DNA from: Octopus sinensis
Taxonomy: Eukaryota
Length of the DNA: 64,000 nucleotides
Reading direction: 5' to 3'
NCBI RefSeq assembly: GCF_006345805.1
Contig: NC_043020.1
Coordinates: 25,110,001 to 25,174,000, forward strand
Shown: one piece after another, positions 1 through 12,775 of the stretch
Layout of the letters: each line of letters starts with the position of its first letter
Position numbering within the stretch: position 1 is the stretch's first letter
The notes under the pieces: generated by a model
What the model was told of the DNA's origin: nothing
Databases searched by the model: none
The model's input: the letters and a program-made list of their open reading frames with translations, nothing else
Position numbers and translations under genes: made by a program

Positions 1-1278
1 ACAACCTGAACACAAACAGGTGTTGTAGTGAATGACCTGCAGGACAAAATTGTCGCGAGACCGGGATGCTATTGCTGAGTCTGATGTCTCGGAGGTGCTC
101 CGCGAACCGGTAAGCCAAGCGGCGTCCAGTCTGACCGATGTACGTAGAAGGGCAGAAAGAGCTGGTGATGCAGTAAATGACGTTGCTAGATTTGCAGGTA
201 AATGAATCGGTGATATGATAGGGACGATGATGGTTGCCTGTAAGGATGGTGGTATTGGAGAGGTAGGGTCAAGTGCGGCAGCGTACGCAGAAGCAGGGGA
301 ACGAGTCAGGCTGGGAGGTTGGGTTAGGAAAGAAACTGTGGGACCACCCCTTCCCTTCTTCAAACGAATCCACGCAGATTGTGAGCTCGTTTGAAAGAGG
401 GAAGGGGTTGGTTGGGAAAGATGTGAGAGGTGAATGAGTCGGACTGGAGTCGCTGGAAGGCTCGGAGAATGGTGCGTTGGAGGGGCAGAGTGGAAGGGTG
501 GTAAGTGAGGGTAAACGGGAGACGGAAAATGGCGGTGTGGGTGTGAGGAAAGAGAGCAGAGGCACAATCCACAGAACGTGCTCTGGCAAGGGCTATGTGG
601 ATAGTGGTGAAGGGATATCAACGAAGAAGGAAGTAGCGAGCCATAAGCTGAGACTGAGTCTCAAGTCATGGTTATCATTCAAGAGCCTGCGCTGACGGAG
701 GAATCGGGAGTAGGGGATGCAGAGCTTGGTGTGGGTAGGGTGGTACGAGGAGAAGTTGAGGTTTGAGTGTGAATCGGTGTATTTGTAGTGGATGGCGGAA
801 GTGAGAGCGGAGTGGTGCATGTTGACCGAAATGTTGAGAAATGCGACGGAAGTGCTGGAAATGGTGCAGGAGAATTCGAGGACAGGATGGACGGATTGGA
901 CCAAATAGAGGAAGGAGTCTAATTGTCCACAGGAGAGTGAGGTCGCACCGATAGTCATCACTATAACGACCGTATAGTTTGGGAGTAAGACCAGTGGCTC
1001 GTGAGAATAGCCAAAGAACAGGTTCGCATAGTTGGAGGCCCCTCCTCGTTCCCATGGCCACTCCCGAGATTTGTTGGTAAAATCCCCCACGAACGAGAAG
1101 CAGTTGAGGGAGAGAACAAGTTCGGCCAGACGAAGAAGTGTGGAGGTGTTAGGTTGGGGTTTGGGTCGAAGTGTTTGAGTGCAAGAAGTCCTTCGTTGTG
1201 TACTGTTCTGTGATGGTAAGATCAACACGTCTGACATCTCAGCACAGTCATCGGGTACATACCGCCCTTCCCTCCCCA
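1..1278 (-). mobile_element. Penelope-like element (Neptune-type), decayed RT + Cys-rich linker + GIY-YIG endonuclease; runs off the window start
   Basis: Minus-strand translation shows PLE RT motifs (LLRLAELVLSLNCFSF; AMGTR..; YGRYSDD; HYKYTDSHSNLNFSSYHPTHTKLCIPYSRFLR). It then shows PCFCVRCRT* and ..FTCKSSNVIYCITSSFCPSTYIGQTGRRLAYRFAEHLRDIR (nt ~1-300), a GIY-YIG domain. Frameshifts and stops are present. Confidence 0.9.
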
Positions 1279-1324
1279 CACACACACACACGAGTATGTG
1301 TGTGTGTATGTATGTGTGTGTGCG

Positions 1325-1500
1325 AAAAATAGAAGTTGAAAATGCACTTAGAATAGTTAGAATACTTTTAAAATAAGTCTCTCAAATTCCAGGTTTCCCC
1401 CCTCTACTTATGTTCAGCAAATACTACAGATGAAGCACGGATAAACAAAGAAAATACTTTCATACAAAAGTACAAACCAAGACTTAGCAAACTTTAATAG
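1325..1500 (+). mobile_element. 3' end of a PLE GIY-YIG ORF (fragment, second PLE lineage)
   Basis: LKFQVSPLYLCSANTTDEARINKENTFIQKYKPRLSKL* matches the C-terminal helix motif (E..FI.KYKP.LN) of PLE GIY-YIG domains. A similar decayed motif is seen at ~11850-11940. Confidence 0.6.
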
Positions 1501-2310
1501 AGTATATACACAAATAACTATTCACAAACAAAATTCATTCTGCCACTCAGCAGGAAGCTACTCTGCTAACATCCTAAACTTTAGCCACTGGACTACATAC
1601 AAACGACTCCTGTCCACTCTCCCACCAGGCAGATTAAATTTGGAGTGCCTTGATTATAACTCAATGTAATCACTCAACCGTTGTTGACATTTATTTTAGA
1701 CGCAAAAGATACAGTCACGTGACACTAACGCACGAACGTAGCGGGAAACGTACAAAAGGTTATAAACTTAATCCTGTGTTCATTCTCTACAATCGCTTGA
1801 CAGAAAACATTCAGAGTATTGATTGTTTGGACTTGTTCAGTCAACTGTGTCGGCCTTAACTTACGGTACCAAACATTGTCAATTGATATTAACTCACAGA
1901 CAGAGCGGGTAACCTACAAAAGAGAGAGAGAGAGATAATGATGCAAATAAACATAAAATTTTAGATATATAAAATAGAGAGAGAGAGACAAACACTGAAA
2001 TTATTCACACGATGAGCGTTCGTGTATAAATATATAAATATTTATATATTAACAGAGCAGAGTTATACAAATTAGAAAGACAGAAAATTAAGAGAAGGTG
2101 CGGTATTTCAGGTCCGACAGCTGTTTCAGGGAACTCGGAATTATATAATAATATTGGCAGATGCAATCTGCATAAAGTCAAGAATGCGCAACCAGTGCTA
2201 GATGCACAATTTTTTCACACACACACATCTGAAATTATGCCCAAAACTCTTTGATCCACCCGAAAAGTAGTAGTAGCAGCAGCAGCAGCAGCAGCAGTAG
2301 CAGTAGTAGC

Positions 2311-2365
<55 letters not shown>

Positions 2366-2974
2366 AACGTCGACTTAAATGCGTTGGCGGTGCCACAGAT
2401 ATCGGTTCGGTTTAAAGATTTTGGTCATTCGGTAAAATCACTTTTCTCCGTTTCTTTCTTTCTTATTTATTCATTTATTTATGTATTTATTTAATTATTT
2501 ATTTGTCATTATTCTTTCTAATTTCAGTGTAATTATCTAAATTATCTAATTAGTTTGCTCTGATTCTTCTAAACAAAAGAGTTCATTAACTAATGGACAG
2601 CACTAATCATTTACTCTTCGTCGTTCCCTCTGCAAAAACACAGATAAATCTGCGATCATCTGCTGCAGGTTTTTCGCTACTTCAGACTTCAGACATCTTG
2701 TATGCAAATGTTTCTTAACTTTTCAGACATTTACACTACAACCACCATGTTTTTTACGTTTCTAATTTTCTAAATTTTCATTTCTTTCTACGATTTTTTT
2801 AATTGTTAATTATTCAATGAATAGTTTATAACTTTTATCTTATTTTTATGGTATTTTTTTCAACTTAATTTGTGGCTTGATTTTTGTCCTTTTTTTTCTG
2901 GTTAAATTTGAAAACAAAACGACTATTCCAGGAGCCATAATGTATTCTTCATGCACGCAGATGCATACATTTAA

Positions 2975-3005
<31 letters not shown>

Positions 3006-3007
3006 CT

Positions 3008-3145
3008 CTTTACTCTTTACTCTTTTACTCTTTTACTTGTTTCAGTCATCTGACTGCGGCCATGCTGGAGCACCACGTTTTAGTCGAACAAATCGACCCC
3101 AGGACTTATTCTTTGTAAGCCTAGTACTTATTCTATCGGTCTCCT
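3008..3145 (-). mobile_element. SINE family A tail fragment (other partial copies at ~3452-3570+, 7655-7870-, 8357-8475-, 52430-52570-, 57660-57860+, 58243-58400+)
   Basis: Direct sequence similarity to the full-length copies. Confidence 0.75.
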
Positions 3146-4513
3146 TTGCCGATTCAAACTACCTAAAACAAGTTATCAAGTGACAGGAGGAGAGGCATAA
3201 TAACAGAGACACACTCAGATACATACACACACAATATTTATATTCCCATTTTCTTCTGTGTCTAATCAGCAGAAATCTACGAAAGTCACTCTCAGCAGCC
3301 GACAATTCCTTAAGTGTAACTAATCAATCTGATTTGCCAGTCTGATATGAGTCATGCACGAAACTCTCAGTCCGTGAATCACTTTTGTAACGTCTGTTTC
3401 CTGTTTGTTCGAGTAAAACTAAAACTACATACGCACAGGTGCAGATGTGACTCTGTGGCAACAAGTTTGCTTCCCAACCACATGATTCCGGGTTCAGACC
3501 TCACCTTGGGAAATTGTCTTCTACTATAGTCTCCGGTCGACCAAAGCCTTGAGTAGATTTGGTAATCATTAGATAAATATCTCTGTGAGCCCATCCCCCA
3601 CCCTAATTTTTGAAGTACGTCTACCCATATAAGATGGAATGGGAATGAGCTGCTCATTTTCAACTGAGTCTGTGGAGCGTTTCTTCACATAGAATCCAAA
3701 TCCAAATCTGACACCAACTCTGCTGAATTCTTTGCCTCGCCTGACGAAAAGTTTGCTGTTTCCACACTCGGAACAGTTTTCTTCCTGCGCTTAGATTTGC
3801 CTTTCAACCTGTCAACTCTTAAGCTTCTCCACATCGATTAGTTTCGTCAGTCATGTGATTGACTACTCTTCATTCATTCCTTTTAATATCGTTGTTGCTT
3901 TCGTCTCACGGAACATCACTTTCAATCGCTCGAAAGTTTTTGCATGATAAAGTTTCAAGCCGGCCACAGTGAAATTTGAACCCACATACATACACACCGC
4001 ATATAAATAAACTAAATGTAGAAATGTATTTAATACACAGCTCTGGTGATTATGTCAATCTAACGCCCTCGGTTAATGAATAAATAATCTAACAATATCC
4101 TTTTCTCTCATTCATTTTGTTTTATTCTTTATTCTTTAAACATGGTTTGACAACCATCATTTTCCAGACCTAATCATTCTAGAATGTTTATCATTATTCA
4201 AGTAGCTCACAATCATAATCTTCATTTCGTGATTTCAAAAATTTTTTATATATTTTTTCTATTAATTTATTTATTTAAATTGTTTATTCATTTCTTTGTT
4301 GTTTTTGTTGTTATGTTTGGTTTAGGGGAACGGGAAGGGTGGGTTATTTCTGTCTTGTGCTTTTTTTTCTTGAATTTCAATAAAAATATTGTTATTCTTG
4401 ATGTTGTTATTACTATTATTTTCATGATCACCGTCACCATCATCATAATCATCAACACTATCATCATGATCATCATCATCATCATCATTATTATTATTAT
4501 TATTATTATTATC

Positions 4514-4545
<32 letters not shown>

Positions 4546-4757
4546 CATCATCATCATCATCATCATCATCTTCTTTCTTATTATTATCATCATTATCATT
4601 TTCGTTAATATTATTATTGTTGTTGTTGTTGTTGTACTCTTCTAGGTTCTTTTTATAGTTTTCTCAAATTGTGAAATTGCAATGAATATATCCTCCCTCC
4701 TTATCCTTCTCTTCTCCCTCCCTCCTTTTCTCACGCGCACACTTTTTCTCCCTCACG

Positions 4758-4790
<33 letters not shown>

Positions 4791-4962
4791 GTGCGCATCT
4801 TTGTCTTTCACACTTCCTATACGACTCTCTTTCCCCCTCTCACTTTTTAATCTTCTCTCTGTTTTTCTTTGATTCTGCTTCTCTCTCTTTACCCCGAAAT
4901 CCCTGCCAATCTGCATCAGTCTCTTTCTTCTGTATTTCAACGTGTTTCCCTCTCCAAGCGTG

Positions 4963-5008
<46 letters not shown>

Positions 5009-5089
5009 TATATATACATATATCTTCCTTACTCTTTCTCTTTCTTTCCTTGTCTCTCATTCTTTCTATCTCTTTCTTTTGGTGTTTTG

Positions 5090-5141
<52 letters not shown>

Positions 5142-5363
5142 TGTATGTATGTATGTATGTATGTATGTGTACATGTATGCACATGCATACATATATATAT
5201 ATATATATTAAATTACTTTCTTTTCATAAATTCTAAAATTGTTGTTGCATATTGATTTTCTTTCCCTTTCTTAAGTCTTTCTTTTGTGTTCCTTCATCTT
5301 CTTTTCTTCCTGTCCTTCTCACTCTCTTTCTCTCTCTCTTCCTCTCTCTCCCTCTCTCTCCCC

Positions 5364-5401
<38 letters not shown>

Positions 5402-5589
5402 TCCTAATCAAATATGTAAATTGAGTGAGAATAATTCAGATTATAGAACTTTCTCATTGATCCGTACTACTAGAGGGGAAGAGATAAAAAGCTAAGACAT
5501 GCCATTTTTATTGATGCTTTCGTTATCCCACCTCCTCCATTCATACACACACACACACACACAACTATGTTGTCCCAATACTTACGCAT

Positions 5590-6370
5590 ATCAATACACA
5601 CACGTTCACACACACACACACTGCTGCATTTTCTCTGTTTCACGCGTATAGACACGCACTTGCATACATTCACCCCACCACACACACACATACACATACA
5701 CATGAACACACACACACACAACACCAATACCAACTTGTCCCTACACTAACACCCGCGCATTCACCCACATACTCATCGCCATATTTTCTCCCCGCTTCAG
5801 ATATATACACGCACACATACATACACACATCGCCATCATATTCTTCCACTGCACACACAAAAGCACACGCACACTCGCACGCCCAAGCACACATGCACAC
5901 ACACACAGACATACACACAGACACACACAGACTTACACTTACATGCTCATGCACACACACGCACATGCACACACAGAGACACAAACACATACATGAATAC
6001 ATGTACACACGCACACGCACACACAGACATACACACACATGCACATGTACACATACACATACGCAAATACACGCACGTGCACACACACAGATGCAAATAC
6101 ACATGCATACATGTACACATGCACACGCACACAGACATGCACACACACATGCACACACACACACACACATGCATACATGTACACACGCACACACACACAG
6201 ACACACAGAGACACAAACACACACATGCATACATGTACACACGCTCACACAAACACACATATAGTCATGCAGACACACACAGACACAAACACACACATGC
6301 ATATATGTAGACAGGCACACACAGACACACACACATACACATGCAGACACACGAAGAAATACACAAGCCG
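5590..6370. repeat. Long degenerate (CA)n/(CACACATGCATA) low-complexity tract, representative of many microsatellite blocks ((TA)n, (GATA)n, (TAA)n, (GAA)n, (TAG)n, (CAT)n) across the window
   Basis: Direct inspection; these tracts generate most ORFs in the track. Confidence 0.95.
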
Positions 6371-7279
6371 CCATCTTCTCTCTCAGCTAGGCGCACAAAC
6401 CGCCATATTTCTTTCCCCGTCACACATACAAAACTAACAACTGCAGAACACGTTCATAAAGATTACATGCACACAAGACAAATAATGAAATGCAAACTGG
6501 CGAACGAATGAAAGCATTTCGATATGACAATTGATTCGCTCAAATTATAAATATTTTTCCTTTTTCTTCTTCATGTTGTTCTTATTGTACTTAACGAAAA
6601 TATAATTTAATTTTTTTTCTTCATCGTCTGACAAATTTTCAATATGGAAGCTATGATAAAACTGATTTCTGTTAACTAAGAACAATGCTTATTTTTTTTT
6701 TATTCTTTTTTTTTAATAACAGAAGGGATATTTCGAGTTGGTTGAACTGACGTCATTAATATATAAACTAGGCCCTAATTTCATTGATACAACCACAACA
6801 ACACAACCACAACAACAGCAACAACAATAGCAACAACAACAGCAACTCCACAGAGCACAAGAAACGATAAATGACACTCGGATTTGTTGTATTTTTATTT
6901 TTAATTACTGAGTTCAAATTTGGTGTCTCGGTCTTCCAGGGGCGGCGGGGGAAGGAGACGTTAACAATCACTTGATAATGGTAACAAGCTCTATTCCTCC
7001 CTAACTGTGGCCCACACACCCTCACTTGCGGACTTTTTCTTATGCGAAGTGAGAAATTACCGTTATTGTCATTGCCATCATCATCATCAACAACAAAATC
7101 AACATCGATTTCCTTCGTCATCATAGCATCGCGACCATTATCATCAGCATCATCATCATAATTATATTCATTAACATCATCGTCGTCGTCATTATCATCA
7201 TCATCATCATTAGCATCATTATTAACATCATCATCGTCATCATCATCATCATCGTCATCATCATCATCATCATCATCAG

Positions 7280-7317
<38 letters not shown>

Positions 7318-8266
7318 CCATTATCACCATCGTTATCATTATGGTCATCATCATAATCGTCATCACCATCATGATCACCATCGTAAACTTAATATCAATA
7401 TGATTGCCTTCGTTTTGCCATTATCAGAACCTAACGACGGACGAAATGCCGCTAAGCATTTTGCCCAGCGTGCCAAGCACTCTGCCAGTAGTTCGCTGCC
7501 TTTCATCTGCAGAAATAATAAAAAGCAAACGTATTTTCACGGCAGCGTTTGAACTGAAAACGAAACTAAAAGCAAAACATGCTATTCTTACGCTGTCCTA
7601 TTTACTCAACTTTCTGCTTTATTTCATTCGTCTTTGGTTTTTTACTTGGTTCACTCATTGGGTTGCGGCCATACCTGAGCACCGCCTTGAAAGCTTTTAG
7701 TCGAACGAATCAAACCCGGTAGATGTTTATTAAGTTTGCTACTTATTCTACCGGACTCATTTGCCGAACCACTAACTGAAACCACTAAGAAATAAAAAAA
7801 AAACAGCAATCCTCAAATGGTGAGGGGTCAAAACCATAAATTCACACACACACACACACACATATAAACGAACACAAACGCACATGCACGTAGGCAAACA
7901 CACTCATACGCACACATATACATAAACGAACAAAGACGCACATACACTCACGCACACACATACACATACTCACATGTATAAATGCACACAGACGCACACA
8001 TTTATTTATAGATATATAGGACAAATTCCACGCAGTTTAGCAAATTAAATCAAAAGGCAGTGGTTAACCATTACAAGACACATACCCAAGATGCCTTGGT
8101 GGGGGACGGAACCGGAAATCTTGCGGCTGCAATATGACCTTTTTAACAACACTATTTCCTCATCTATCAATCATTCTGGCTGTCCGATATAATATAAAGC
8201 ATTGGAAGATTTAGTGGAGTAAATTAACCCCAATAGATAAATATATAAATATATTATATTATATTA

Positions 8267-8337
<71 letters not shown>

Positions 8338-8585
8338 TGTATATATATATATATACGACGGGCTTCTTTCTGTTTCCGCCAACCAAGTCCACTCACAACG
8401 CTTTGGTCGGATCAGGCTTGGAGCAGAAGACACTTGCCCAAGATGTCAAACAGCGTGACTGAACCTGGAACCATGATGTGTGTGTCTGTGTGTCTGTGTG
8501 TGTGCATATGTATATATATACATACATAGATACATACATGCATACATACATACATATACAAATCTGATCACGAATAAATAGAACT

Positions 8586-8652
<67 letters not shown>

Positions 8653-8677
8653 TATACAGAGAGAGTGTTAGATAGAT

Positions 8678-8823
<146 letters not shown>

Positions 8824-8960
8824 AAAGCACAATTTATTCGTGATCAGAGGCGTTCGTAAAGCGAGGTACTACTCCATGAAATGAATATGAGAAAGACAGA
8901 AGATAAAGTACGATTTATTCATGACCAGAGTTGTTCGAAAACCGAGGTTCTATATATATA

Positions 8961-9044
<84 letters not shown>

Positions 9045-9048
<4 letters not shown>

Positions 9049-9425
9049 CGGTAGCTGTGTGGTGAAATGCTTGCTTCCCAGCCACAAGGCTCCGAGATCA
9101 GTTCCACTGCGCACCACTTTGGGCAAATAACATCTACTATAGTTCCAGGTTTATAAAAATAAAAACCCACCCTATATGTATATATCTATGTGTGTGACTT
9201 TTATATATATGCCTAAGTGTACGGGTGTGTGTGTGTGTCCACTACCACTTACAACCGGTTTTAGTTGGTTTATCTCCTTGTAAGTTAGCGGTTCGACAAG
9301 AAAAAATGAGAGAATAAGTACCAGGCCTTAAAACTAAATAAGTCCTGGGGTCGATTTGTTCGACTAAACACTTCAAGGGGTGCTCCAGCTTGGCCGCTGG
9401 CCAATAACTGAGACAAGTAAAAGGT
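9045..9425 (+). mobile_element. SINE family A, diverged
   Basis: Head and tail motifs as in the other family A copies. Confidence 0.75.
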
Positions 9426-10149
9426 AAAATATGTGTGTGTGCATGTGTGTATATGTGTGTGTATGCATGCGTGCATGTGTGTGTGCATACTGATGACTAC
9501 CTTCTTTATCTCTGGCACTTTATCTTGCTGTCTGCCTTTTACTGGTCAATATTTCTTGTCTTGTACTTCTTTTATAGTATCTCTCTCTCACCTATCAATT
9601 TTTCTATCTTATTGAGAAAATTTTATTCGTATTATACTATACGTGTGTACATATATATCCATGCGTACACACAAACACGCACACATGCACACACACACGC
9701 ACACATGCACACACACACTCATGTATACATGTATGTATGTATATATATGTGTATATATTTATATATTATATATCGGTTATATGTATATGTGTATGTATAT
9801 ATATATACATGTATATATGTATGCATGTATGTGCTTGTAACAGGGAGCAAATATGTATGTGTGTGTGGGAGGACATATATGTGTGTTAGTGCGTGTGGAA
9901 TGGAGGAGAAAGAGGGCGGCGGGTAGAGAAGGAAAGCATCAATAACAATGGCGTGTCTTAGCTTTCTCCTCCAGTCGCACGGATCAATGAGAAAGATCAG
10001 TAATCTAAATTATTCTCACTCAATTTACATATTTGATTAACCGGGGAGAAGTCAGAGGAGGAGAGAGAGGGTGAGAAAGGAAGAGCGATAGAAAAGATGA
10101 AAAGGAAATAGCACAAGAAGTGAAAACGTAAATGGAAACTTTAACGAAC

Positions 10150-11950
10150 TCATACACACACATAAAGGGAGTGCAGCTATATTGATGGGAAGTAAATATT
10201 TGAGGAATCTTGTTTTATCTCTGCTGGAAGACAATATATCGTAGAAATAGATTAAAAAGTATAACTAACAGAAAGTAATGAAAAGTCATACAGCGTTTTT
10301 ACATTTGTATCGAAAAACTGAACGATAAAGAATGTGCTTATAGAACTAATTTTAATTGTAAATCTAGTCTTTTCTTTTATGGCTTACCAAAAATTAACAG
10401 AAGCCAGATAATAAGTGAAGCGTGCAAAGAATTCACAAGTATTGATATATTAATGTTTTATCATCAAACGATTTAAAATTAAAACCAATAGAAGCTGACC
10501 CAACATGTGAAACTCATCGCCTGATTAATTTTTTTAAGAAGTTATTTCTTAAACATATTAAAAGTTTTATAAGAGACGATCTAGATATGTTGATTCACCT
10601 TCAGAAAACGGTCAATTAAAAGTAGTAAATGTTTCTTTTGATGTAGTGAATACACACAGAAATATCTATCGCCATTACGAAATAGAAGAGTTAAAATTGT
10701 GGCTGGAAAATTTTGCAGATAAAATACTGTGAGTATAGAATACTACAAATTGAATGATTAAAATTAATATTTTATATATCTCGAAAATTACTATTCTCAG
10801 TATAATGTTAACTATTACCGACAAAAATATCTGGAACAGCGACGGGAACAAAAGTCACCTCAACGAACGCAGATTAAGAGATATAACAAAATATCAACAA
10901 TCGCTATAAAATCACGCTTTCAATCTTTTTTTCGAGAGAATCGGTAAAGCTTCTCATAGCCGACTGCTTCATTTCATTGAATAAAAGCCTAGAGATATTA
11001 AACGGCTTAAATATTATTTAATAGAATATTATGACTCATAATGGAATGCAGAGAAGAGAAACAACTATTTTTATACATTTTAGTAATGAAAGTCAACAAT
11101 GGAATAGTGACGTATATTATAAACCTACAGACTCGAATCAATATCCACTTGTTACTTAGTGTTGCCCAAAACACACATAAAATATATTCCCTTTGATTTA
11201 GCCGAATTGTTATGTACAATTGCGTCCGATTTATTTATTTGTCATATATGACTTCAGAATCTTAAAAAGAAATTCATCTACCGACCTTATGCACCATTCT
11301 TAATTAGGGGATACAACAAGCGAAGACAATAGATGTTGGGGACAAAAAATACAAATAACCTACCTGAATGGAAATATTATCCTACTATCCTAAGGTACAG
11401 TATTCTTCGAAATGTACAAATGCTGAAACACTGAAGCTAGAATGAATCAAGTTCTACAAGCAGACGATAGGAAACTGTGGAAAAAACAACCAAAATCATT
11501 AAGGAAAACAAATTAACAAGTAAGAAATTACATCCAAAAACAAAGAACTAACAGTAGAAAATATATGACGTAACCATGGTCTAGTTTTCAGCTGGTCGGA
11601 CGTCCTAATTGCATTTTTTAAAAACAGGATGCTGTTTAAAAGTAAAGGATTATTTTTACTTGTAAACCCGGTATATTTAATAGTTTATTTAGATAGTTTA
11701 TTTAGATGGGACAAACTAGAATAAATTTATGCAAACGAATGATAGGGCATGGACAACAAATTAGTTTTCCCGGCAACAAACAAATAATCTTTTAATGAAG
11801 ATATAGATAGATATAATGGTACACGTCATCCGAATTTTAAATAATTCCCGTTATGTTAGTTCATTCATGGAACATCTGAACAACAACTGATCAATAAAGA
11901 GATTGCCATTAATTGAAAAATCGACCGCGTTTAAAGATATATAATTAATC
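10150..11950 (+). mobile_element. Heavily decayed Penelope/Poseidon-type PLE (RT + GIY-YIG)
   Basis: Collinear remnants across frames: FYGLPKIN (10377), LKLKPIEADPTCETHRL, KHIKSFIRDDLDMLIHL, VSFDVVN, SGTATGTKV (=GTAMGTK), PKHT..NIP, MGQTRINLCKRMIGHGQQI (GIY-YIG). Confidence 0.75.
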
Positions 11951-12046
11951 AATAAGTCGATTTTTAATTAATATATATTATTAGCTTTATTGATGTTGTT
12001 GTTGTTATTGTTGTTGTTGTTGTTGTTATTATTATTATTATTATTA

Positions 12047-12084
<38 letters not shown>

Positions 12085-12392
12085 TATTAAGTAAAGAGCA
12101 TTAAATGCAATATTATTTCCCCGTTTGCTGTTAACAACATTCATTTATCACTTCGTCTGCAATTCTCGATAGCATCCAATTATGAAATTAATAAATGAAA
12201 ACTTCAATTACAAGTACAAGAATAATTCCTAACTATGAATCCGGTTGGGTACAGGAACATTTTGAACGCAGAGAGACTGTTTATAAAGATTTAAGTAAAT
12301 GTTTTGGTTTATTTTTGTACACATACACACACGTGTGTACGTATGTTTGTGCGCGAGTGTATGCATGTATATCTATATATATATAGAGAGAT

Positions 12393-12473
<81 letters not shown>

Positions 12474-12516
12474 CAGACAAACAAACAGACAAACAAACAA
12501 ACAGAGAGATAGATAG

Positions 12517-12586
<70 letters not shown>

Positions 12587-12614
12587 CGATAGATAGATAG
12601 ATAGACAGACAGAC

Positions 12615-12670
<56 letters not shown>

Positions 12671-12698
12671 CGATAGATAGATAGATAGACAGACAGAC

Positions 12699-12773
<75 letters not shown>

Positions 12774-12775
<2 letters not shown>

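Noticed and set aside
2105-2135. Half hammerhead GAAACAGCTGTC^GGACC (minus)
   Set aside because: The stem III and cleavage half is present, but no CUGANGA core or matching stem I strand was found. At most a PLE pLTR relic.
4184-6437. Long poly-Ile/Leu-Ser/Cys-Val/His-Thr ORFs here and throughout the window
   Set aside because: Read-through of microsatellites, not genes.
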